Assembly (NCBI GenBank): GCA_038869535.1
Contig: JAWCQY010000002.1
Coordinates: 1-48,462, forward strand
DNA from: Candidatus Pacearchaeota archaeon
Lineage (GTDB): Archaea; Nanobdellota; Nanobdellia; Pacearchaeales; GW2011-AR1
Length of the DNA stretch: 48,462 nucleotides
Direction of reading: 5' to 3'
The notes beneath the pieces were generated by a model, which saw only the letters and a list, made by a program, of their open reading frames with translations, was not told the origin of the DNA and searched no databases. Shown here piece after piece: positions 1 through 7,704 of the stretch. Each line of letters opens with the position of its first letter. Position 1 is the first letter of the stretch. The position numbers and the translations under genes were made by a program.

Positions 1-214
1 AAACTTTTTATTATAATCATTTTCAGATTCTTTAAGATGATATTAAATAATCAAATACTCTATAAAGATAAAAAGAAATTAATTTATTTTATTAAATTCT
101 CCTTAATCTATCAAAATTCTTCAAATTAAGAGATTCATAAACTGATTTTACAATCATTAACTTTATATTTTGATTAAACACTAAATTTAAATATGCTAAA
201 ATCTTATAAAAAAT

Positions 215-472
215 ATGGAAAAAGTTACAGAAAAAGAGATAGGTAGAGTATCTGGTTACTTTAGTCATGTTGGGGTTGCTGCAATAAAACTTTCTGGGAA
301 TCTTAAGGTTGGAGATAAAATAAGGATAAAGGGACATACAACAAATTTAGAGCTTCCTGTAAAAAGTATGCAGATTGAACATAAAGAGGTTAAGGCTGCA
401 AAAAAAGGGGATCATGTTGGGGTAAAAGTTCCCGAAAAAGTTAGACCTAATGACGTGGTATACCTTATTTAA
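215..472 (+). CDS. Small EF-Tu domain-2-like beta-barrel protein (translation elongation factor-like)
   Basis: 85-aa ORF. IGRVSGYFSHVGVAAIKL, LKVGDKIRIKGHTT and QIEHKEV..AKKGDHVGVKV match the stand-alone GTP_EFTU_D2-like barrel proteins as I recall them. The antisense ORF 92..337 is judged spurious. Confidence 0.6.
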   Translation: MEKVTEKEIGRVSGYFSHVGVAAIKLSGNLKVGDKIRIKGHTTNLELPVKSMQIEHKEVKAAKKGDHVGVKVPEKVRPNDVVYLI

Positions 473-540
473 GTTCTTATAAGATTTGGTTCTAAAGTAG
501 AAATTTTTATATTATTGATTTTATTTAAAAGGAATATAAA

Positions 541-1179
541 ATGCTATACCAAAAAAATATACATAAACATATTCATAAAACAATAAAGAAATATGCTCCA
601 ATAAGCGTTAGAAAGGCAAAACATTTTCTTCATTTTAAATATGAAAAATTCTTTTTATTGATTTTCTTCATTTTTCTTTCATACATAATATTTAAACAAG
701 AGAAAATCCAAAATTTTTTGTTTAGCTTAAATGAATTAAATTATATTGGTTTTTTGATTGCGGGAATACTCTTTCCATTTGGGTTTTCAGCACCGATCAG
801 TCTCGGTTTTTTTATAGTCTCCCAACCGCAAAATATATTTTTAGCCACAATCTTTGCAGGGATTGGTTCTGCTATAGCGGATATCCTACTATTTAAAATT
901 ATAAAAAAATCTTTCAAAAGAGAAATAAAGGAATTAAATCATGAGAGAATAATAAGTACAATAAAAAATGCGATTAAAAATAACAAAAATATTCTTATAA
1001 AGCATTATTTTTTCTATATTTTTGCAGGAATAATTCTTGCTACACCTTTACCCGACGAAATTGGAATATCCATGCTTGCCGGATTAACAACAATAAAAAT
1101 TTCAAAACTTGCTATAATTGCGTTTATTCTTCACTCTATCGCTATTTTTATCATAATTTACTTGGGGGCAATTTTGTAA
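541..1179 (+). CDS. Integral membrane protein, function unknown
   Basis: 212-aa ORF with about 5 hydrophobic segments. It has a PLPDEIG motif faintly reminiscent of DedA/TVP38 proteins. No family assignment is claimed. Confidence 0.55.
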   Translation: MLYQKNIHKHIHKTIKKYAPISVRKAKHFLHFKYEKFFLLIFFIFLSYIIFKQEKIQNFLFSLNELNYIGFLIAGILFPFGFSAPISLGFFIVSQPQNIFLATIFAGIGSAIADILLFKIIKKSFKREIKELNHERIISTIKNAIKNNKNILIKHYFFYIFAGIILATPLPDEIGISMLAGLTTIKISKLAIIAFILHSIAIFIIIYLGAIL

Positions 1180-1401
1180 TTTTTTAAAGTTGTTGAATTC
1201 AATCTAAATTTACAAAATATTATCAAATAAGCCATTTTCACTTTTCTATTCTTTTTAAATTTTTTATTTTTTAATGTTTTTATAAATTAAGATATTATAG
1301 ATCTTAAATTATAATTTGAATTTATAATCTATAAGGTATATTTTATAAGAAATTCTTCATTAGAACACAATCTTTAAATATTTTTAGATTATTATACATT
1401 T

Positions 1402-3489
1402 ATGAAAAAATTTATTTTTTTATTATTTATTTTTGCTATACTCATTGGGCAGATAAATTTTGTGGAAGCCGGGAAGGGTATAAAAGCGCGAGGATCAATC
1501 CCAACCTTGCGCATACTTGAAGTAGAAGAACCAAAAATATTACCCCTCAGCCCCCTTTATTTTTTAAAAGATTGGGGAAGAGGTATTAGACAATTTCTTA
1601 CTTTCGATTCAGCGAAAAAAGCGGAGCTGGAATTAAAATATGCCGATGAAAAATTAGTTGAGACAGCAAAAGTAGTTGATGAAAATTGTGGTGAATCTTC
1701 TGTATGTAATGTTAGAGCTTTAGAAAAAGCTTTCAATAATTATCTTTCATCACAAGAGAGATTAAAGAAAAAATTAGAATCTTTAAGCGAAAAAAATCAA
1801 AATGTCAGTGAATTAATATCAGAGACAACAGAGAAAGTAATTTTACATCAGGCACTTTTTGATGAATTAGTATTTTTAGCAAAGACAAGGCATGATTCAG
1901 TAAAGAGCTCTATTAGAAATATAAAAAGGGTAGGATCAAGTGGTGATGAATTTGAACAAGTAATTAAGAATTTTGAAGAGAAATTAAAAAAGAACAAAAT
2001 AGATGTCATTGAGGGAATAGGTAAATTAAGAATGAATAAAGCTGAACTTATTGATGCTATTGCTAAAGGTAATATTAAAGCCACTGAAAAGCTTCCTTAC
2101 GCGGAGGGGGTAAAAGAGTTAAAAGCTTTGGAAATTTTGAATAGAATTGATGAAAAATTACCGGAAGAAGCTGAAAAAGGAATTGAAACAGCAAAAGAAA
2201 ACATTGAGAAGAAATTATTTGAAACCGGAGAGATTAAAAAAGCAAAAAATTGGAGAATAGAACAAGGTTCTTCTGGTTGGGTTTTGATTGAAGGAGTGCC
2301 AATAAGAACACAATCTTTTGATGTAGTAGTTGGAGAATTAGAAGAAAAAACTAAAAATACCTCGTCCTTTAATATAAAATTAGATATTGTTGATGTTGAA
2401 GCGATTAAGGAATTTAAATCAAGATTAAAAGAAGTAACTTCCTCATCAACTTCCAGAGAACAACAATCAGGTTCTCTAAGCTGGAAAGGTTCTAATAGAT
2501 TAGGGCTTTGTGACAGGTTTGGCAATAGCGCAACTGATAATTTAACATTAGATATTCAAGATGCAAAAGCTTTGGGTTTTATGTGGGGAAGACCTTTAGG
2601 TGATATTTTTGCTCAAGAAACGGTTGAAAAAGCAGGCACTTTTGATTTTTCGGTTCCGGATAGATTTGTTAAGGAGATGAAAAGTGAGGGTATGGAGATT
2701 TTTGGTACCCTTTTCCCGACGGGCATACCAATGATTCCAAACTCTATAGATACAAATAGTTTCGCTAAATATGTAAAAGCAATCGTTGAACACTATAAAG
2801 GGCAGGTTACCTATTGGCAAGTGGGTATTGAGCCATTTTGTCAAACACCATCAGAAACTTGCTATAAAAACTTTTTTGATTTAACAAAAACCGCTTACAT
2901 TGCAGCAAAAAGCGTTGATCCATCAGTAAAAATTTCTCCCGGAGGTCCTGCCCCAATCTATGATATGAATAATAAAATTGATCCGATGGCAGAAGCAATT
3001 TTTGGATATTTCTTTAGAAACGGGGGGGCAAATTATACTGACTTCTTTAATTTCCATTACTTAGTAGGTAAAGAAGAACCAGACATTTCAAAGTATGTTG
3101 AGTATTGGAAACAATATGTTAGTGGAAAAGAAATATGGCTTTCGGAAACTGGTAGCCGAGATGTAGGAGATAGATTTACTATTTCATCAGACGAAAACAA
3201 AGAAGCAGAATGGGTCAAAAAACATATTGAGGATAGTTTCCAGAACGGAATATCTAAAGTTTTTTGGTGCCGAGCAGAACATTCTTACTCCGATATGCCA
3301 AGAGTTGTACAAGCCTTACAAGAAATTTCTAAAAAATATGGTGGGACTCCTTCTGGTTCAGTTTCAAAGAGACAAAACAGTACGAAAATTTCAAGTGATC
3401 AACAACAAAATCCTCGACAACAATTTCAAAAACCATTTAGTCAGCAACAACCTTCACAACCAAAAAGCCAGAACTTTCATAGGGGATAA
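1402..3489 (+). CDS. Secreted protein: DUF5667-like N-domain, coiled coil, clan GH-A-like (beta/alpha)8 domain, Gln/Pro-rich tail
   Basis: Signal peptide MKKFIFLLFIFAILIGQINFVEA. PLSPLYFLKDWGRGIRQFLTF..AELELKYADEKLVE resembles DUF5667. A Glu/Lys-rich helical region follows. TYWQVGIEP and EIWLSETG sit where the acid/base and nucleophile motifs of TIM-barrel glycosidases lie. The C-terminus is QQQNPRQQFQKPFSQQQPSQPKSQ. Confidence 0.6.
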   Translation: MKKFIFLLFIFAILIGQINFVEAGKGIKARGSIPTLRILEVEEPKILPLSPLYFLKDWGRGIRQFLTFDSAKKAELELKYADEKLVETAKVVDENCGESSVCNVRALEKAFNNYLSSQERLKKKLESLSEKNQNVSELISETTEKVILHQALFDELVFLAKTRHDSVKSSIRNIKRVGSSGDEFEQVIKNFEEKLKKNKIDVIEGIGKLRMNKAELIDAIAKGNIKATEKLPYAEGVKELKALEILNRIDEKLPEEAEKGIETAKENIEKKLFETGEIKKAKNWRIEQGSSGWVLIEGVPIRTQSFDVVVGELEEKTKNTSSFNIKLDIVDVEAIKEFKSRLKEVTSSSTSREQQSGSLSWKGSNRLGLCDRFGNSATDNLTLDIQDAKALGFMWGRPLGDIFAQETVEKAGTFDFSVPDRFVKEMKSEGMEIFGTLFPTGIPMIPNSIDTNSFAKYVKAIVEHYKGQVTYWQVGIEPFCQTPSETCYKNFFDLTKTAYIAAKSVDPSVKISPGGPAPIYDMNNKIDPMAEAIFGYFFRNGGANYTDFFNFHYLVGKEEPDISKYVEYWKQYVSGKEIWLSETGSRDVGDRFTISSDENKEAEWVKKHIEDSFQNGISKVFWCRAEHSYSDMPRVVQALQEISKKYGGTPSGSVSKRQNSTKISSDQQQNPRQQFQKPFSQQQPSQPKSQNFHRG

Positions 3490-3805
3490 TGTTGGAACAA
3501 TATATGTGATTTTGTTGAGATGCAAAGTGGTGCATGTCCTAAGGATTGTAAATAACTTTCATGTATTCATTGGGGGTTTATATTTTGAAATTTAATAATA
3601 TTAACCAGTCCAAATTCTAAAGTTATTATTCACAGTAATTCTCCTATTTTATTTTTCTTTCTTTATTCTAATTTAATTTTGATAAATTTTTTGTTATTTA
3701 TTTTTGAATAATTAGAGTTAATCCATAACTTGAAAATAGGCCTTCATTGATGTGATTATAAATGTTTTTTCATACATATTAAGTTAAAGGTTCTATAAGG
3801 TTATC

Positions 3806-3813
3806 TTTAAAAA
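3806..3813 (+). promoter_or_regulatory. Candidate archaeal TATA box for tRNA-Glu
   Basis: TTTAAAAA lies at -31..-24 relative to the mature tRNA 5' end. TATA-like strings are common in this AT-rich DNA, so the support is weak. Confidence 0.35.
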
Positions 3814-3836
3814 CTCTCCCAATATTTTTCTTTTAA

Positions 3837-3909
3837 GCCCCGATAGTTTAGAGGCCAAGAATGCAGCCCTCTCACGGCTGTGACCCGAGTTCGAATCTCG
3901 GTCGGGGCG
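3837..3909 (+). tRNA. tRNA-Glu (anticodon CTC)
   Basis: Manual cloverleaf. Acceptor GCCCCGA/TCGGGGC. Anticodon stem CAGCC/GGCTG with loop CT-CTC-AC. T arm CCGAG-TTCGAAT-CTCGG. Discriminator G. 73 nt, no encoded CCA, no intron. Confidence 0.9.
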
Positions 3910-3951
3910 TTTAGAGATTACATTTTTAAACTAAAATTTCTAAATCTTATC

Positions 3952-4068
3952 ATGAAACGTTCTTCAAGAAGGTGGAAAAAGAAAAGGCAGATGAGATGGA
4001 AATGGCAGAGAAAACGTCTTAAGAAGGAGAAACATAAAAGAAAACTAAAAAGAACAAAAAGTACCTAG
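3952..4068 (+). CDS. rpl41e: Ribosomal protein L41e (38-aa, extremely basic)
   Basis: MKRSSRRWKKKRQMRWKWQRKRLKKEKHKRKLKRTKST closely matches the archaeal L41e pattern KRSSRRWKKK.RMRWKW.KKRL as I recall it from Methanocaldococcus. The track ORF 3880..4068 starts inside the tRNA (GTG), so the ATG at 3952 is preferred. Confidence 0.65.
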   Translation: MKRSSRRWKKKRQMRWKWQRKRLKKEKHKRKLKRTKST

Positions 4069-4305
4069 CTAAACTTTAAAAAATCTTAAAAATTTTGATT
4101 ATTTTATATAAATTGAAAGATAATTTAAACTAATTTTGAATATTTAAAAAATAAGACGTAATCTATTTTTTTATATTTAAAGAGAATTATTTTCAATTAT
4201 ATAAAAATAAAAATATTTATAAGCTAGAAATTTCTATAATTTTTACGCCTTGGCACCAAGGGAGTATGTTGGTGTGACAGAACTAAAAGTTTTGTCTATA
4301 AAAAA

Positions 4306-5268
4306 ATGACATCTGAAATTTGGACAGAAAAATATAGACCCTCTGTATTTTCAGAGGTTGTTGGACAGGATGAAATAGTAAAAAAAGTAAGTTCTTTAGT
4401 TTCTTCTTTAAACATCCCGCATTTACTTTTTGTTGGCCCGGCAGGAACAGGAAAATCAACTTTAGCTTTAATAATAGTAAAAGAGCTTTTTAAAGAAAAA
4501 TGGCGTGAGAATTATCTTGAACTTAATGCAAGTGATGAAAGAGGAATTAATGTTATAAGAGAAAAAGTAAAAAATTTTGCTAGGACAAGGTCTCTTGGAG
4601 AGGTTCCATTTAAAATAATATTTTTGGATGAAGCAGATGCTTTAACCCCCGAAGCCCAGCAGGCATTAAGGAGAACCATGGAGAATTATTCTACAACATG
4701 TAGATTTATCTTATCCTGTAATTATTCCACTAAAATTATAGATCCGATACAGTCTAGATGTGCGATTTTTAGGTTTAAACTTCTTGAAAAGAAGGATATA
4801 GAAAAAGTCATAAGAAAAATTGAAGCTGGCGAAAAATTACAAATAACAAACGAAGCAATAGAAGCTCTTTATGAGGGGAGTGAAGGAGATTGTAGAAGAG
4901 TTATTAATCTTCTTCAATCAATAGCTTCAATATCCCCAAGGATTTATCCAGAACTTGTTTCAACTATAATTTCAAGTGCAAAGCCAAAGGATATAAAGGT
5001 TGTTCTTGACTATGCTCTTTCTGGTGATTTTGAAAGATCCAGAGAGAAGCTTCTTGATATAATGCTAAAAGAAAGTATATCCGGTCAAGATGTAATCAAA
5101 TCCATACAAAAGGAGATCTGGAATCTCCCAGTGGAACCGGAGATAAAAGTTAGACTCACAGAAAAAACCGGAGAGGCAGAATTTAGGATAGTTGAGGGAA
5201 GTGATCCGTTTATACAACTTCAAGCTCTACTTGCAAGTTTTGTTCTTGCAGGTTTAGGAAAACAATAA
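4306..5268 (+). CDS. rfcS: Replication factor C small subunit
   Basis: WTEKYRP (RFC box II), Walker A GPAGTGKST, Walker B FLDEADALT and SRC motif IQSRCAIF. 320 aa with no intein. Confidence 0.95.
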   Translation: MTSEIWTEKYRPSVFSEVVGQDEIVKKVSSLVSSLNIPHLLFVGPAGTGKSTLALIIVKELFKEKWRENYLELNASDERGINVIREKVKNFARTRSLGEVPFKIIFLDEADALTPEAQQALRRTMENYSTTCRFILSCNYSTKIIDPIQSRCAIFRFKLLEKKDIEKVIRKIEAGEKLQITNEAIEALYEGSEGDCRRVINLLQSIASISPRIYPELVSTIISSAKPKDIKVVLDYALSGDFERSREKLLDIMLKESISGQDVIKSIQKEIWNLPVEPEIKVRLTEKTGEAEFRIVEGSDPFIQLQALLASFVLAGLGKQ

Positions 5269-5285
5269 AAATAATTAGATAAATT

Positions 5286-6506
5286 ATGAATAAGGTAATA
5301 AGTTGGGTTGAAAAATATAGACCGAGATATTTATCAGAAATTCGTGGGCAAAAAGAGGTCGTTTATAGAATAAGAGAGTTTATTAAAGTAGAGTGTCTAA
5401 AGAAGTTTAATATTAGGGATAAAGAAAGGAAAGTTATTATTTTTTATGGCCCATCTGGAACTGGTAAAACAACGATGGGTCATGTAATTGCAAGGGAAGT
5501 TGGAGCAGAACTATTTGAGCTAAATGCTTCTGATTTAAGAAATAGTGAGAAATTGCGTCAGATTCTCAAACCGGCGACGGAACAAGCATCACTAACAAAA
5601 AAGAGTAAGGTGATACTTATTGATGAAATAGATGGAATTTCTGAAGAAGATGAAAGTGGGATTCCGATTATTTTGAGTATTATAGAAACAACATATTACC
5701 CCATGATAATAACTGCAAATGATATATGGAACAAAAAATTTTTGGAGTTGAGAAAAAAATCAGAACTTATTCAATTCAAAGAGATAGACCCAAAAATTAT
5801 AAGAGAGGTTTTAATCGAGATTCTTGAAAAAGAGAAAAAATTTTTACAGGAAGATATAATTAATGATATAGCAATAAAATCCAAAGGGGATCTTAGAGCT
5901 GCAATAAATGATTTACAGGCCGTAGTAAATCTTAAAGATTCTCAAAAAATAATCTTAATAGACGAGAGAAATAAAGAGTTGGATATTTTTAATGCTTTAA
6001 AAATTTTATTTAAGGAAAAGCCAAACAATACGATGTTAAACCTTTTTGATTCTGTAAAAAAACCTATGGATGAAATAATTCTCTGGATTGAAGAAAATAT
6101 TCCTACGGAGTATAAGGGGGTAGAACTTGCTAAAGCTTATGATATTTTAAGTAAAGTTGATATATTTGGTAAAAGGATAATAAGACAACAATATTGGCGA
6201 CTTTTAATTTACCAAAATGCACTTCTTTCATACGGAATTTCAAGTTCAAAGAAAGATGAAAAAATCGCATTTGTTAGATATAGAAAGCCAACAAGGATTC
6301 TAAAGATGTGGATGAATAATAATAAAATAGATAAAAAAAAGGCTATTGCAAAAAAATATGCAAAACACGTACATATCGGAGAAAAAAGGGCTTTAAGAGA
6401 ATTTTCTACGATAAAACAATTTTTACTAAATCCAAAAATCCAAGAAGAACTAAGGCTTTCCGAAGAAGAGATTGAATATTTGAATGATGATATTTCATCT
6501 CAATAA
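5286..6506 (+). CDS. rfcL: Replication factor C large subunit
   Basis: WVEKYRPRYLSEIRGQ, Walker A GPSGTGKTT and Walker B LIDEIDGI. It starts 17 nt after rfcS. No obvious C-terminal PIP box. Confidence 0.85.
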   Translation: MNKVISWVEKYRPRYLSEIRGQKEVVYRIREFIKVECLKKFNIRDKERKVIIFYGPSGTGKTTMGHVIAREVGAELFELNASDLRNSEKLRQILKPATEQASLTKKSKVILIDEIDGISEEDESGIPIILSIIETTYYPMIITANDIWNKKFLELRKKSELIQFKEIDPKIIREVLIEILEKEKKFLQEDIINDIAIKSKGDLRAAINDLQAVVNLKDSQKIILIDERNKELDIFNALKILFKEKPNNTMLNLFDSVKKPMDEIILWIEENIPTEYKGVELAKAYDILSKVDIFGKRIIRQQYWRLLIYQNALLSYGISSSKKDEKIAFVRYRKPTRILKMWMNNNKIDKKKAIAKKYAKHVHIGEKRALREFSTIKQFLLNPKIQEELRLSEEEIEYLNDDISSQ

Positions 6507-6537
6507 AGCTTAAAAGAACTTATTCTAATGAAATTTA

Positions 6538-7680
6538 ATGAATCGAAGAAATTTTCTAAAAAAATTTGGATTGGGGACCGGAATGACTTTACTTTTTAGT
6601 CCAATAATGATAAATTCTATCCATAACGAGTCTCCTTATTCAAAAGAGGAATTAGTTAAAGAGCAATTGTCATTGACAAATATGAATGAACTTGAGAAAG
6701 CGATTATGGTAGGAAGCATAATAACCTATGATAATACAATACCTTTAATAAATTTACATAAAGAAATAATCAAGAAAACAACTGTATTTGATGAAATAAA
6801 AAAAATTGAAGAAGAAATTTTTAGTTATGTATTAAAAAAATCAAGAGATTTCTCAAAAAAACGCGCTAAAAATGATGAATTAAATGAAACAGTAAGAATA
6901 ATAAATGAAAAATATGGACAAATAAAAAAAATAAAAGAGAAAATTGAAATTTCTTTATTAAATTTTAAAAGAGAGACATTTGTATCTTTTGATGATTATT
7001 TTATAATTCCTACAAATTATATCCATGGAGAATTATCTCTTAAATTGACTAAATCTTTATCGATATTGGATTCTTCAATAACAAAATATAAAGAACAGAA
7101 TTCTAGGATAAATAGAGTATATGCTACTTTAGTTAATTTGTCGCCGATTTCCCATATTATAAGAGAAGCTTCAGAAATTAGTGGGGTTCCTGTAGAGGAT
7201 ATTATAGCTCTGTCAGATATAGAATCTTTAGGAATGAATCTTGTTGGTGCAGAAGGTGAAATAAATACACATCAACTGCATCCAAAATACCTGAAACAAA
7301 ATTATAGGAATGCGTTGTCCATAAAAAATCCTTTATCTGATTATATAAGAGAAAATACCTCAGAGAATTCTTTATTGGAAGATTTAGTTAAAGATGAAAA
7401 ACTTAACATTAGCTTAGTTGTTAATCTTATGAAATTTCATAGAGAGAATACAAAGGAATATTATGAATATATACTCGCCCATAATATAGGGTTAAAAAGA
7501 ACTCAAAATTTAAGAAAGCATACGAGGATAAAATTAAAAAATCCAGAATTAATCACACAACAAGAAAAGAAAAATAATAGTATTTTTAGGTATTATACTA
7601 ATTTTATATCCTCAAGAGAGGCCTTTAGACAAATAAAAGATTATTTATGTAAAGAATACTTTTATAATCCAAAAAGTTAA
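6538..7680 (+). CDS. Exported protein with Tat-like signal and C-terminal lytic transglycosylase (SLT)-like domain
   Basis: MNRRNFLKKFGLGTGMTLLF fits the RRxFLK twin-arginine consensus. Co-linear SLT-like motifs are SDIESLG (catalytic E-S), VGAEGEINTHQL, KDEKLNISLVVNLM and ILAHNIG (compare AYNAG). Confidence 0.5.
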   Translation: MNRRNFLKKFGLGTGMTLLFSPIMINSIHNESPYSKEELVKEQLSLTNMNELEKAIMVGSIITYDNTIPLINLHKEIIKKTTVFDEIKKIEEEIFSYVLKKSRDFSKKRAKNDELNETVRIINEKYGQIKKIKEKIEISLLNFKRETFVSFDDYFIIPTNYIHGELSLKLTKSLSILDSSITKYKEQNSRINRVYATLVNLSPISHIIREASEISGVPVEDIIALSDIESLGMNLVGAEGEINTHQLHPKYLKQNYRNALSIKNPLSDYIRENTSENSLLEDLVKDEKLNISLVVNLMKFHRENTKEYYEYILAHNIGLKRTQNLRKHTRIKLKNPELITQQEKKNNSIFRYYTNFISSREAFRQIKDYLCKEYFYNPKS

Positions 7681-7704
7681 AAACGCCTTTACCTTTTTTT
7701 GTTT

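Noticed and set aside
2097-2525. A 142-aa antisense ORF inside the secreted GH-like gene.
   Set aside because: It mirrors the Glu/Lys-rich coiled-coil segment, where GAA/AAA codons read as TTC/TTT on the other strand. It has no motifs and overlaps the sense gene completely.
3227-3595. A 122-aa alternative-frame ORF overlapping the 3' end of the secreted protein gene.
   Set aside because: It is mostly embedded out of frame in the 695-aa gene, and I recognise no motif in it. It is likely spurious.
3880-3951. The N-terminal 24 codons of the 62-aa track ORF.
   Set aside because: This part is the T-arm and acceptor stem of tRNA-Glu plus spacer read as protein from a GTG. Only the ATG-initiated L41e part (3952..4068) is kept.
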